This document shows positions 36,799 to 46,039 of a stretch of DNA of 64,000 bases, piece after piece; within the stretch, counting starts at the first letter, position 1, and each line of letters opens with the position of its first letter. Source of the stretch: an uncultured Clostridium sp. GTDB lineage: Bacteria; Bacillota; Clostridia; TANB77; CAG-508. The notes below the pieces were generated by a model. It made no database searches, was not told the DNA's origin, and saw only the letters and a list, made by a program, of their open reading frames with translations. The stretch spans positions 3,707 to 67,706 of the forward strand of contig USGK01000005.1 in assembly GCA_900554175.1 (NCBI GenBank). Reading direction: 5' to 3'. Both the position numbers and the translations under genes were made by a program.

Positions 36799-37950
36799 TT
36801 AATTTTCTTCATCAACTTTATTATCTGTTTCTACATTATTTTCTTCTACTTTATTTTCTGTTTGAGATAATTCTTCTTTATTTTGCTCTGATAATAACAT
36901 TTCTCTAAATTGGCTTTCTGATTTAATATCGATTTTCCAATTTGTAAGTTTTGCAGCTAATCTTGCATTTTGACCTGCCTTGCCAATTGCTAAAGATAAT
37001 TCCTCATCTGGTACTATTACTTGTGCAAATTTTTCTTCCTCTTTTATATCTACTGCCATTATTTTAGCTGGTAGTAGTGCTGCTGCTATATATGTTGCAG
37101 GATCTTCGCTCCATTCAATTACATCAATTTTTTCTCCATTTAATTCGTTTATTATATTTTGAATACGAATTCCTCTTTGACCTACACATGAACCAACGGG
37201 GTCTATATTTTTGTCTTGTGAATACACTGCTACTTTACTTCTTGATCCTGGATCTCTAGATACACTTTTTATTTCTATTAAACCTTCATATATTTCTGGT
37301 ATTTCAAGTTCTAAAAGTTTTCTTACAAAATCGGTATTTGTTCTTGAAATTATTACTTGAAGTGAACCTTTTTCTCCTCTTTTTACATCTGCAACATATG
37401 CTTTTATTTTGTCATTTACTCTGTATTTTTCTGTTGGAATTTGTTCTTTTGTTGGCATTATTCCTTCAACTCTACCCAAATCTACAACTACTATTCCCCT
37501 ATCTGCTTTTTGAATAGGACCAGATACAATTTCTCCTTTTTTCTCACTATATTCATCAAACATTATATTTCTTTCTGCTTCTCTTATTTTTTGTATTATA
37601 ACTTGTTTTGCTGTTTGTGCTGCAATTCTTCCGAAATCTTTTGGAACTATTTCTACTTCAACTTGATCACCTAGTTCTAGTGTTTTATTTATTTTTTTTG
37701 CATCTTCAAGGCTTATTTCTTGTGCATCATCATTTGCCCTATCTACTACATCCTTTATTGCATATACATATGTTGCACCTGTTTTTTGATCAACTACTAC
37801 TTTGACATTTTCTAATGCATCAAAGTTTCTTTTATATGCTGTAAGTAAAGCTGCTTCTATTGCCTCTAACATATATTCTTTTTTTATTCCCTTTTCTTTT
37901 TCTAATTCTTCTAAAGCAAGTATTAATTCTTTATTATCAATTGCTTTCAT
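36799..37950 (-). CDS. nusA: transcription termination/antitermination factor NusA
   Basis: S1 and KH domain signatures (GIRIQNIINELNGEKIDVI, AIGKAGQNARLAAKLT). Start at ATG 37950 behind AGGAGG. Confidence 0.95.
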   Translation of the reverse strand: MKAIDNKELILALEELEKEKGIKKEYMLEAIEAALLTAYKRNFDALENVKVVVDQKTGATYVYAIKDVVDRANDDAQEISLEDAKKINKTLELGDQVEVEIVPKDFGRIAAQTAKQVIIQKIREAERNIMFDEYSEKKGEIVSGPIQKADRGIVVVDLGRVEGIMPTKEQIPTEKYRVNDKIKAYVADVKRGEKGSLQVIISRTNTDFVRKLLELEIPEIYEGLIEIKSVSRDPGSRSKVAVYSQDKNIDPVGSCVGQRGIRIQNIINELNGEKIDVIEWSEDPATYIAAALLPAKIMAVDIKEEEKFAQVIVPDEELSLAIGKAGQNARLAAKLTNWKIDIKSESQFREMLLSEQNKEELSQTENKVEENNVETDNKVDEEN

Positions 37951-38007
37951 TTTAACTCCTCCTTTATTAAATTCGTTCATTTAATATTTTATTTTTTTAT
38001 TAATAAT

Positions 38008-38466
38008 TTAAAATTCTACATATAGTTTTATTTGAGAAATATTTTTTCTGTCTAATTCTAATTCTTTATTTTCAACTTCTATATTTATTTTTTTATCTTC
38101 TACTTTTTTTAGAATTCCGATATAATCTTTATTTCCTAATTCATCTTTTTTAAATTGTTTTACCTGTATTGGACTGCCAATATATTTTTTTAGTTGCCAG
38201 TCTTTTCTTAATAACCTTTCTATTCCTGGTGAAGATATTTCTAAAAAATATTGTTCTTTTATATAATCTTTTTCGTCTATCATTTCTTTTATTGCGTCAT
38301 TTACTTTTTCACAATCATTTAAATCTATTCCTTTTTCATTATCTATTACTATTCTCAGGAATTTATCTGGTCCTTCTTTTACATAAAGAACATCATATAA
38401 TTCATATCCTAAATCATTTATTGTTTTTTTTACTAAATTCTCTACCTTTTCCTCTATATTTGCCAA
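38008..38466 (-). CDS. rimP: ribosome maturation factor RimP
   Basis: 152 aa; LEISSPGIERLL motif; upstream of nusA. TTG start. Confidence 0.9.
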   Translation of the reverse strand: MANIEEKVENLVKKTINDLGYELYDVLYVKEGPDKFLRIVIDNEKGIDLNDCEKVNDAIKEMIDEKDYIKEQYFLEISSPGIERLLRKDWQLKKYIGSPIQVKQFKKDELGNKDYIGILKKVEDKKINIEVENKELELDRKNISQIKLYVEF

Positions 38467-38488
38467 AATTTTCTTCCTTTCTATATTC

Positions 38489-38519
38489 TAAAAATTAGAG
38501 CGGGATTTGTTCCCGCTCT
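38489..38519 (-). terminator. intrinsic terminator after the pilin-like gene
   Basis: AGAGCGGGA/TCCCGCTCT stem followed on the minus strand by AATTTTT. Confidence 0.7.
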
Positions 38520-38606
38520 TTCTATTTTTATGCTTTTTATATTATACCCTTTATTTTCAATAAATGCAAGCTTTTTCTAGTATTTTTTTTTTTGTACAAT
38601 TATTTA

Positions 38607-40106
38607 TCATTGATTAATAAATGATTTTCTATATTTAACTGTTGCATTCATATTATCTTTAACTTCTTGCTCTGTCAAAGCTTTTTGATATAATCTTACA
38701 GAATATACATTTCCATTTAAATAATAGATATTTCCATCTTTATACCATGGAACTGCTCCTATATAAAATGGACATTCATCATTATCCCATATATTTCTTC
38801 CTTTTTCAAAGGATTCTTTATCTTGTTCGCATTTTCCAATTAAATTTCCATTTATATAATATTCAACTGTATCATTTTTTGGAACACTTGCCGTTCTTCT
38901 ATATACAAACGTCAAATAAAAATCTTCATTAGCATTATATCCTAGACCATTTAATACGTGAAATCCACCATATTGGTCATATACTAATCCATCTCCTATT
39001 ATTTTTCCATTTGATTTACCATAAAATTTTGCAATAACACCTTTTTCTTTAGATTCTGAATCTGTATATAAGTAACCAAACCTCATTGCATTAGTTACTT
39101 TAGTATTTGTAGTTAAATCCTTTATTTTTGAGAATAAACCTAAGGCCTGAGCTCCTTCAGTGCCATTGTTTTTTTCAAGTTCTCTTAGATTAGCATACAT
39201 TTCAAATGTGAAACCATCAGCAAAACTCAAACCATTTTTTCTAAGTTCTAGATAATCCCCATCGCCATCGAAATTAAGAGATTTGTTATTTTCATCATAA
39301 TAAAGATCGCCTTTTTTGGTTATATATTTCCAAGCATCTTCTGAATCGAAACTTGTTGCATCTAAATTTAATGCTATGTCATCTGTTACAGCTAAAGTAC
39401 TTGATACATCCCACATTTTACTATTTTCTAATCCTATAATTTTAATTGTATTATAATTTAATATATAGCCTTTTTCTATTGTACCTGCATTCCCAAGATT
39501 TGTTTTAGGCTCTAGATAATAATAACCACTTCCATATCTATACTTTTCATTATTTTTTGAATCATAATCTATAACAAGCTTCCAATTTGTTCCATTTTGT
39601 ACGTTTTTATCATATAGTCTTATACCTAAAATTTGACTATTTGCTTGTTCTGTATCATTAGTTGGTGCTGTAATATTATTTTTTTTAAGTTCTGCTAAAT
39701 ATGATAATATTTTTCTTAGATCATCTATTGATGAACTTCCTGAAAGTGAAGTATCTATCCCTATATTATCAGCTGCTTCAATCTCTTTTTTATTATTTCC
39801 ACAGTAATAAAGTTCTCCATTTATTATTACAAATTTATCTAAGTCACCATCTTTTATTGATGTAATATATTTTTTTAATTCTGTTCCTGAAGCACTAATT
39901 TCATCATCTTCATCCATTACCAAATCATCAAATTCTTCTTTATACGTTGAAAATTTGTATACGTTTGATGCTTTTTCGGCACTTCTTATCGGTCCATTTT
40001 TTTGAAATGCAATATTAATACTTACACCTGCTAGAATAAGTAATACTATTATTGTGATAATTAATGATATTAGCGTTATCCCTTCCTTATTTTTTATATT
40101 TTTCAT
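38607..40106 (-). CDS. prepilin-like N-terminal domain protein with C-terminal LamG/concanavalin-like domain
   Basis: MKNIKNKEG-ITLISLIITIIVLLILAGVSI (class III-like leader, Ser at +5 instead of Glu). C-terminal LNFDGDGDYLEL...GFTFEMYANL...FYLTFVYRR...YYINGNLIG...VYSVRLYQKALTEQEV fits the Laminin_G_3 pattern. Confidence 0.65.
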   Translation of the reverse strand: MKNIKNKEGITLISLIITIIVLLILAGVSINIAFQKNGPIRSAEKASNVYKFSTYKEEFDDLVMDEDDEISASGTELKKYITSIKDGDLDKFVIINGELYYCGNNKKEIEAADNIGIDTSLSGSSSIDDLRKILSYLAELKKNNITAPTNDTEQANSQILGIRLYDKNVQNGTNWKLVIDYDSKNNEKYRYGSGYYYLEPKTNLGNAGTIEKGYILNYNTIKIIGLENSKMWDVSSTLAVTDDIALNLDATSFDSEDAWKYITKKGDLYYDENNKSLNFDGDGDYLELRKNGLSFADGFTFEMYANLRELEKNNGTEGAQALGLFSKIKDLTTNTKVTNAMRFGYLYTDSESKEKGVIAKFYGKSNGKIIGDGLVYDQYGGFHVLNGLGYNANEDFYLTFVYRRTASVPKNDTVEYYINGNLIGKCEQDKESFEKGRNIWDNDECPFYIGAVPWYKDGNIYYLNGNVYSVRLYQKALTEQEVKDNMNATVKYRKSFINQ

Positions 40107-40259
40107 ATGTAATATCCTCCATTATTTTTTACTTATTTTATATCAAAAGATAAAAAAAGAAAATAGTTTTTTAAAAAAAATAATTTTTTATAGACATTTT
40201 TTTTTATTTATGATAGTATTGTAACATAATTTAGTTTATATATATACTAGGAGGTAAAA

Positions 40260-40595
40260 ATGTCTAAAATACTAAAAATATTAGTTATCTTTTGCTTAAC
40301 ATTGTTTTTTTGTTTAAATTTTTCCAATGCTATCGATTTAAATATAACAGATTCTAATAGTAATTCTAGTACATCGAACACGCAAAATACTTCAAACATC
40401 AATAATGAAGGCAATATATCTAATATATCTGCATCTTCAGAAAGTTCTAGTAACGCCTCTACAACTGTAAGCGGTGTTAGCTCAGTATCAGATTCCAATT
40501 CAATTGTATCTAATATATTAAATATTGCATTAATTGTTGTGGGTATACTTTTAATTTTTCTTGCAATTGCAATTTTAATCAGAATAAAAAAATAA
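40260..40595 (+). CDS. small secreted Ser/Asn-rich protein with C-terminal membrane anchor
   Basis: TAGGAGG RBS, signal peptide ...LNFSNA/ID, low-complexity middle, C-terminal TM plus RIKK. Confidence 0.6.
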   Translation: MSKILKILVIFCLTLFFCLNFSNAIDLNITDSNSNSSTSNTQNTSNINNEGNISNISASSESSSNASTTVSGVSSVSDSNSIVSNILNIALIVVGILLIFLAIAILIRIKK

Positions 40596-40599
40596 TTTT

Positions 40600-40626
40600 A
40601 AGAGCATTGTAGCTCTTTTTTTTTGA
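40600..40626 (+). terminator. intrinsic terminator
   Basis: AAGAGC/GCTCTT stem followed by T9. Confidence 0.55.
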
Positions 40627-40713
40627 AATTTTTTCATAGTATATTTTATCCTAAAAAAATAATAATATTAATAGTTTTATTTTAAAACAATTTTTTAAGG
40701 AGGTCTTTTTGTT

Positions 40714-41154
40714 ATGCGTAAGAAAATTTTATATACTCTTTTAGCATTATTCTCCAGCTTTTTCTTTATATTCACATATACTTTTGCTGCAGATAATGTT
40801 GTAAACAGTGTCAGAAATACAGTTGGTGGTGCAGAAAACGTTGTAGAAGATGCTGCAAAAGGTGTAGCAAATACTACAAAAAATGGTACTCAAGGTATGG
40901 AAAATGGTGCTAAAGATATGACAAATACAATGTCTTCAGAAGCTAATAATATGTCTATGGATGGAAAAACAACTAACAATTCAAATTATTCGGCTAGAAG
41001 AACTTCTACAACTGAAGAAAACGCAAGCTTCTTAGGTTTTAACTCTACAACTTGGATTTGGTTGATTATGGCTGTAGCTGCTGTTGCAATAATAGCTTTA
41101 GTTTATTATTATTCTTCTCAAATGAATAACTCTCATTATGATGATCACGAATAA
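40714..41154 (+). CDS. small secreted protein with C-terminal membrane anchor
   Basis: AAGGAGG RBS, signal peptide ...YTFA/ADN, Asn/Thr/Met-rich middle, TM WIWLIMAVAAVAIIALVYYY. Confidence 0.6.
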   Translation: MRKKILYTLLALFSSFFFIFTYTFAADNVVNSVRNTVGGAENVVEDAAKGVANTTKNGTQGMENGAKDMTNTMSSEANNMSMDGKTTNNSNYSARRTSTTEENASFLGFNSTTWIWLIMAVAAVAIIALVYYYSSQMNNSHYDDHE

Positions 41155-41160
41155 AAAATC

Positions 41161-41200
41161 AAAGAAGTCAAAATTTATAACTAGTATAATTTTGACTTCT
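41161..41200. terminator. bidirectional terminator hairpin between convergent genes
   Basis: 14-bp stem AAGAAGTCAAAATT/AATTTTGACTTCTT; T6 on the minus-strand side. Confidence 0.65.
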
Positions 41201-41217
41201 TTACCTTTTATAATTAT

Positions 41218-41535
41218 TTATAAAATTTTAGAAGATAATTTAATTATCAAATCCATATTATCATCTTCAGCAGCTTTATTTTTTCTTATCATACCACATT
41301 TTTTACACTTAAAAACAATAACATATCCTTTCTTGTTAGAAATTTCAAGTCCCATTGGTTCTAAATCCCCATGACATTTTTCCTGTCTATCTCCTGGATT
41401 TATATCTACATGTTTAGAATGTAAACAGTATGGACAATGGTTTCTACATGAATATCCTAATTTTTTTACTTTTTTTCCACAATTTTCACACACAAATTCT
41501 TCATCAATTACTGTAAATTTACTATAATTTTCCAT
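41218..41535 (-). CDS. RNHCP-domain zinc-ribbon protein
   Basis: CENCGKK...CRNHCPYCLHSKHVD...CKKCG. Literal RNHCP motif. Confidence 0.75.
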   Translation of the reverse strand: MENYSKFTVIDEEFVCENCGKKVKKLGYSCRNHCPYCLHSKHVDINPGDRQEKCHGDLEPMGLEISNKKGYVIVFKCKKCGMIRKNKAAEDDNMDLIIKLSSKIL

Positions 41536-43179
41536 TTAATATTCAAAATCTCCTCCACCTAAAAATTCTTTAAGTAATGAATTTCTTGGTATCTTTTCGT
41601 TTGGAATAGGTTCAAAATATTTTAACAATTCTATTATTCTTTGTGATTCTGCATATACTTTTTTATCTTTTTCTATATTTTGTAGTAGTGGAAGAGCTAT
41701 ATTTTTTAATGCTGCAAGTTCATAAATTAATGATGTATTAAATATGCTATCTGCTTGTTCTTGAAATGGAAATATATTTTTTTCTTCACCTAAATTTACA
41801 TTATTCCAAGCATTTAAAGTATGTTCTGCTGTGTAACCTCTAAATTGGTGATCTCTTACAATTCTTCTTACTAATCTTGTGTCTGTAGTAGAAATTCTAT
41901 TTATTCTATCCATATTTAAAACTGTTAAATCACTTATATATACTTTATATTTTTGATCTTTTGAAATTTCTGAAGTTAGTCTATCATTTAAACAATGTAT
42001 TCCTTCAATAATTAAAACCTCGTCTTCTTCTAGATGCATTTTTTTACCTTTATATCTTTTTGTTCCGACATGAAAATCAAATTCTGGACACTCTATTTCT
42101 TCACCATTTAAAAGTTTTTTTAAATCTTGATTAAATAATTTTAAATCAATAGCCTCTATGCTTTCGAAATCATATTCTCCATTTTTATCTTTTGGTGTTT
42201 GTTCTCTCTCAACAAAATAATTATCAACTGAAATCATTACAGGTTTTATTCCGTTTAGTTTTAGTTGAATTCCAAGTCTTTGTGCAAATGTTGTTTTACC
42301 TGATGATGAAGGACCAGCTATTAATACCATTTTCACCTTATTATTAAAAGCTATTTTATCTGCAATTTGCGCTATTTTCTTCTCATGTAATGCTTCTTCT
42401 AACATAATCAGTTTTTTTAATTTTTTTTCATCTTTTATTGTATTATTTAATTCATATATTGTTGTAATACCTAAAACTTTATGTATATTATTATATTCAT
42501 TTAATGCCCATAACAATTTCTTGGTTTCTTTATATTGAATTAATTCATTTGGAGTTTTGCTACTTGGATATCTAAGTAAAAATCCTTTATCATATTTTTC
42601 TAAATTAAAAATCTTCGTTATACCTGTATTTATTGCAATAATATCATAAATATAATTATAATAATCCTCACAAAAATACATATTTATTATTGGATTTTCC
42701 TCTAAATTTAATTGTAATCTTCCCCTTGATGAATTTTCTTTCGAATATAGATCTTCTGCTTCTTTTCTTGTCAATTTTTTCTCTTCTATTGGAAGATTTT
42801 TTTCTACAATATTTTTCATTTCATTATAAACTTTTTCTAACAATTCTTCTGTTACTTCCGTATTATCTAAAGTACAAAACATTGAATTATTTAATTGATA
42901 ATTTACTCTTAATTTTATTTTTGAATTGATTTTATTAAATGCTTTAGCTAATATAAAAATTAATGTTCTTTTATATATATTCATTCCTTGTTTACTTGCA
43001 ATATCTATCAATTCAACTTCTCCATCTTGTAAAATCTCATAATCCAGTCTTTGATATTTGTTATTAAATTTAGCCCCTATTACTGGATATTTATTATTTG
43101 ATATTTCATCTTTGAATATATCTTTAATTTTTGAACCTTGCTCTATTTCTAATATCTTTTCTTTATATTTTATTTGCAT
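41536..43179 (-). CDS. uridine kinase/phosphoribulokinase-family P-loop kinase with about 270-aa N-terminal extension
   Basis: LIAGPSSSGKTTFAQRL Walker A, DNYF..., EVLIIEGIHCLN. Its stop directly abuts the start of the RNHCP gene. Confidence 0.7.
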   Translation of the reverse strand: MQIKYKEKILEIEQGSKIKDIFKDEISNNKYPVIGAKFNNKYQRLDYEILQDGEVELIDIASKQGMNIYKRTLIFILAKAFNKINSKIKLRVNYQLNNSMFCTLDNTEVTEELLEKVYNEMKNIVEKNLPIEEKKLTRKEAEDLYSKENSSRGRLQLNLEENPIINMYFCEDYYNYIYDIIAINTGITKIFNLEKYDKGFLLRYPSSKTPNELIQYKETKKLLWALNEYNNIHKVLGITTIYELNNTIKDEKKLKKLIMLEEALHEKKIAQIADKIAFNNKVKMVLIAGPSSSGKTTFAQRLGIQLKLNGIKPVMISVDNYFVEREQTPKDKNGEYDFESIEAIDLKLFNQDLKKLLNGEEIECPEFDFHVGTKRYKGKKMHLEEDEVLIIEGIHCLNDRLTSEISKDQKYKVYISDLTVLNMDRINRISTTDTRLVRRIVRDHQFRGYTAEHTLNAWNNVNLGEEKNIFPFQEQADSIFNTSLIYELAALKNIALPLLQNIEKDKKVYAESQRIIELLKYFEPIPNEKIPRNSLLKEFLGGGDFEY

Positions 43180-43274
43180 TTTTCACTTCATCCTTTCTCT
43201 TGCATAAATAAAGATTAAATATTTTCTATCTTATTTTAATAGTATTAATATTTAATCTTTATCTTGCTTATACT

Positions 43275-45176
43275 TTAGTTTTCTTCTTCAAAAAATTTCT
43301 TAAATTCCTCTGCATTTATTTTTTCTTTTCTTAAAAGTTCTTCTGCAACTGCAACAAGTTTGTCCATATGAGTTGTAATTATTGTTTGTGCATCTCTGTA
43401 AGCTGTGTCTATTAAACTTTTTACTTCTGTTCCTATTTTGTCTCCCATATCTTTTCCGAATAATTCTAATGGATATTCTCCATTTTCGTCTTTTAAAGAT
43501 ATCGGACCTATTTTATCATTCATTCCATATTTTATTACCATATCTCTTGCTATTTGTGTCGCAACTTCTATATCGTTACTTGCTCCTGTGGAAATATCAT
43601 CTAATGCTACTTTTTCAGCTGCACGTCCTCCAAGAAGAGCTATTAATCTTTCTTCCATTTCTGTTTTGGATACATATGTTTTGTCTTCATCTGTTTTGTA
43701 CATAGTGTATCCACCTGCTACACCTCTAGGAATTATTGAAATTTCTTTTACTTTTGATTGTGTTGGTAAATACCAACTTACAACAGCATGTCCTGCTTCA
43801 TGATATGCTGTTAACTTCTTATCTTTATCAGATATAACTCTATTATGTTTTTCTAATCCTACTGTTACTTTTTTTACTGCTTCTTCGACATCCTCAGTTT
43901 TTATCGCTTCGTGTTCTTTTTTGGTTGCAATTATTGCTGCTTCATTTAAAACATTTGCAAGCTCTGCTCCTGTAAACCCTGCTGTATCTTCTGCAACACT
44001 TTCTAAAGATATGTCTTTTGCTAATTTTTTATCTTTACTATGAATTTTTAATATCTCTTCTCTACCTTTTTTATCTGGTGTTGGTATTATAATCTGTCTA
44101 TCAAATCTTCCTGGTCTTAGTAATGCTTTGTCAAGCATTTCAGGTCTATTTGTTGCTGCTAAGACAATTATAGTTTCTTCTGAAGAAAATCCATCCATTT
44201 CAACTAACAATTGATTTAATGTCTGGTTATTTTCTGATTCTGCTCCTGAATTTGATGTTCTTCTTGATCCTATTGCATCTATCTCATCTATGAAAACTAT
44301 ACATGGTGATAGTTTTCTTGCTTTTTCAAATAATTTTCTTACTCTTGAAGCACCCAGTCCTGCAAACATCTCTATAAATTCAGAACCACTCATTGAAATA
44401 AATGGTACATCTGCTTCTCCTGCTATAGCTTTTGCAATTAATGTCTTACCTGTTCCAGGTTTTCCATATAATAAAACTCCTTTTGGTATCTTTGCACCCA
44501 TTCCTGTAAATTTTTTTGGATGTTTTAAAAATTCTACTAACTCTATTAATTCACCTTTTTCTTCATCTAATCCTGCTACATCATCAAATTTTATTTTTGT
44601 TTTTCTTTCTGTCTCACTATATACTTCTCCTTTGTCTCCCAATCCTTGCATCTTAAATATTACTATAAATAATGCAAGCATTATTGCAGTTGGAAGAAAT
44701 GAAATAATATATGATGGAATTTGTGATAGTACACTTTTACTTTTTTGTATTAATTCAATATCATTTCCATTTGCTACTTCATTTTGAACTAATTCAACAA
44801 ATGCTTGTGTATTTGGAACAATTGCTACTTTTTGTAACTCTGGGGCTATATCTTTTGAATCTTTTTTCGAATTGCTTTCTGAAATGTTATATTCCTCTTC
44901 TTTTCCTTCTTCTGTAATTACTTCATTATTTTCGTCAATTTTATTTTTTAATGTGATTTTAGTAGAAGTACTTCCTGTTGTCATCTCTACTTTCTCTACA
45001 TTTTGTTGTGCAATCTGTTTTATTAAATCCGTATATGCAAGTATATTATCTTTTTTATTTTTAAGATTAATTAGTTGTAAAGCAATAAGAACTGTACATA
45101 AAACCAATGCCCCAAGCATTAAGATTCCATATAATATATTTTTTTTATCCCCTTTATTATTATTTTTTTCTCGCAT
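43275..45176 (-). CDS. ftsH: ATP-dependent zinc metalloprotease FtsH
   Basis: GKPGTGKTLIAKAIAGEA AAA motif and HEAGHA zinc site. Confidence 0.95.
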   Translation of the reverse strand: MREKNNNKGDKKNILYGILMLGALVLCTVLIALQLINLKNKKDNILAYTDLIKQIAQQNVEKVEMTTGSTSTKITLKNKIDENNEVITEEGKEEEYNISESNSKKDSKDIAPELQKVAIVPNTQAFVELVQNEVANGNDIELIQKSKSVLSQIPSYIISFLPTAIMLALFIVIFKMQGLGDKGEVYSETERKTKIKFDDVAGLDEEKGELIELVEFLKHPKKFTGMGAKIPKGVLLYGKPGTGKTLIAKAIAGEADVPFISMSGSEFIEMFAGLGASRVRKLFEKARKLSPCIVFIDEIDAIGSRRTSNSGAESENNQTLNQLLVEMDGFSSEETIIVLAATNRPEMLDKALLRPGRFDRQIIIPTPDKKGREEILKIHSKDKKLAKDISLESVAEDTAGFTGAELANVLNEAAIIATKKEHEAIKTEDVEEAVKKVTVGLEKHNRVISDKDKKLTAYHEAGHAVVSWYLPTQSKVKEISIIPRGVAGGYTMYKTDEDKTYVSKTEMEERLIALLGGRAAEKVALDDISTGASNDIEVATQIARDMVIKYGMNDKIGPISLKDENGEYPLELFGKDMGDKIGTEVKSLIDTAYRDAQTIITTHMDKLVAVAEELLRKEKINAEEFKKFFEEEN

Positions 45177-45199
45177 TTATTTTCATCCTTTCTAAAATT

Positions 45200-46039
45200 T
45201 TATGCATTTGCCCCTTCTTCTTCTCCTGGCTTTATTCCATTATTTTCTTTATCTCCTTTTTCTTTTTTCTTTTTGTTTTTCTCTTTATCCTCTTCTTTTT
45301 CTTCGTTTTCTTCTTTTCTCTCATCTTCTGTTTCTTTTCTTTCCTTTTCTAGTGATTCCTTTTTCTTTTCTTCTATTATCTTCATAAGCTCTAGTTGTTG
45401 TTTTATAAAATCTGATTTAATCATAAAAATTGCAGCTGCAAGACAAATATATGATATTGCAGTGTACATTACGTCAAAATATTTTATTTTAAATCCTACA
45501 AGTAGTAATAATGCTTCATAAACTACTCTTAACAAAATAGATATAGTCATTGCATATATAGACATATTAAACATTGCTTTATAAGTTATTTTTATCCTAG
45601 ATAAGGAACAAGTAATTAGTCCAAATAAAGATAAAATTAGTACATCAACCAAAGTGGTTATAAAATAAATTATAAAAATACTAATTACACAAGAAACCGA
45701 GAAAAGTCCAATTAATTGACTATTATTATATTGATTAAACGATGTTTCAACTTCTTGTTTTTCTTCTTCTGTTAGATTTACTTCTAATATTTTCTGGAAA
45801 CTTTGAACATATGAAAATTCACCATTTTCTCCATTTCCAGTTTGCTTTATATAAATTAGTAAAACTATTGTTAATAATATACTAAATATTAACATCAATT
45901 TTGAAAAATATATTATTGCTCTTTTAGTTCCATAAGCTGCCATTTCAGGATATTTTTCAAATTTGGTCATTGAATACCACAATTTCTTAAAGAACTTTAT
46001 ATCTTTCAAATTTTTATTATTTATTTTTTGAGAGTCCAT
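45200..46039 (-). CDS. hypothetical polytopic membrane protein with Lys/Glu-rich C-terminal tail (DUF1189-like, tentative)
   Basis: Several TM segments, then EEKKKESLEKERKETEDERKEENEEKEEDKEKNKKKKEKGDKE. Its start abuts the alr stop. Confidence 0.5.
   Translation of the reverse strand: MDSQKINNKNLKDIKFFKKLWYSMTKFEKYPEMAAYGTKRAIIYFSKLMLIFSILLTIVLLIYIKQTGNGENGEFSYVQSFQKILEVNLTEEEKQEVETSFNQYNNSQLIGLFSVSCVISIFIIYFITTLVDVLILSLFGLITCSLSRIKITYKAMFNMSIYAMTISILLRVVYEALLLLVGFKIKYFDVMYTAISYICLAAAIFMIKSDFIKQQLELMKIIEEKKKESLEKERKETEDERKEENEEKEEDKEKNKKKKEKGDKENNGIKPGEEEGANA

Noticed and set aside
40247-40498. 83-aa minus-strand ORF opposite the 40260-40595 gene.
   Set aside because: The plus-strand ORF has a TAGGAGG RBS, a signal peptide, a TM anchor and a terminator. 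The minus-strand ORF has none of these.
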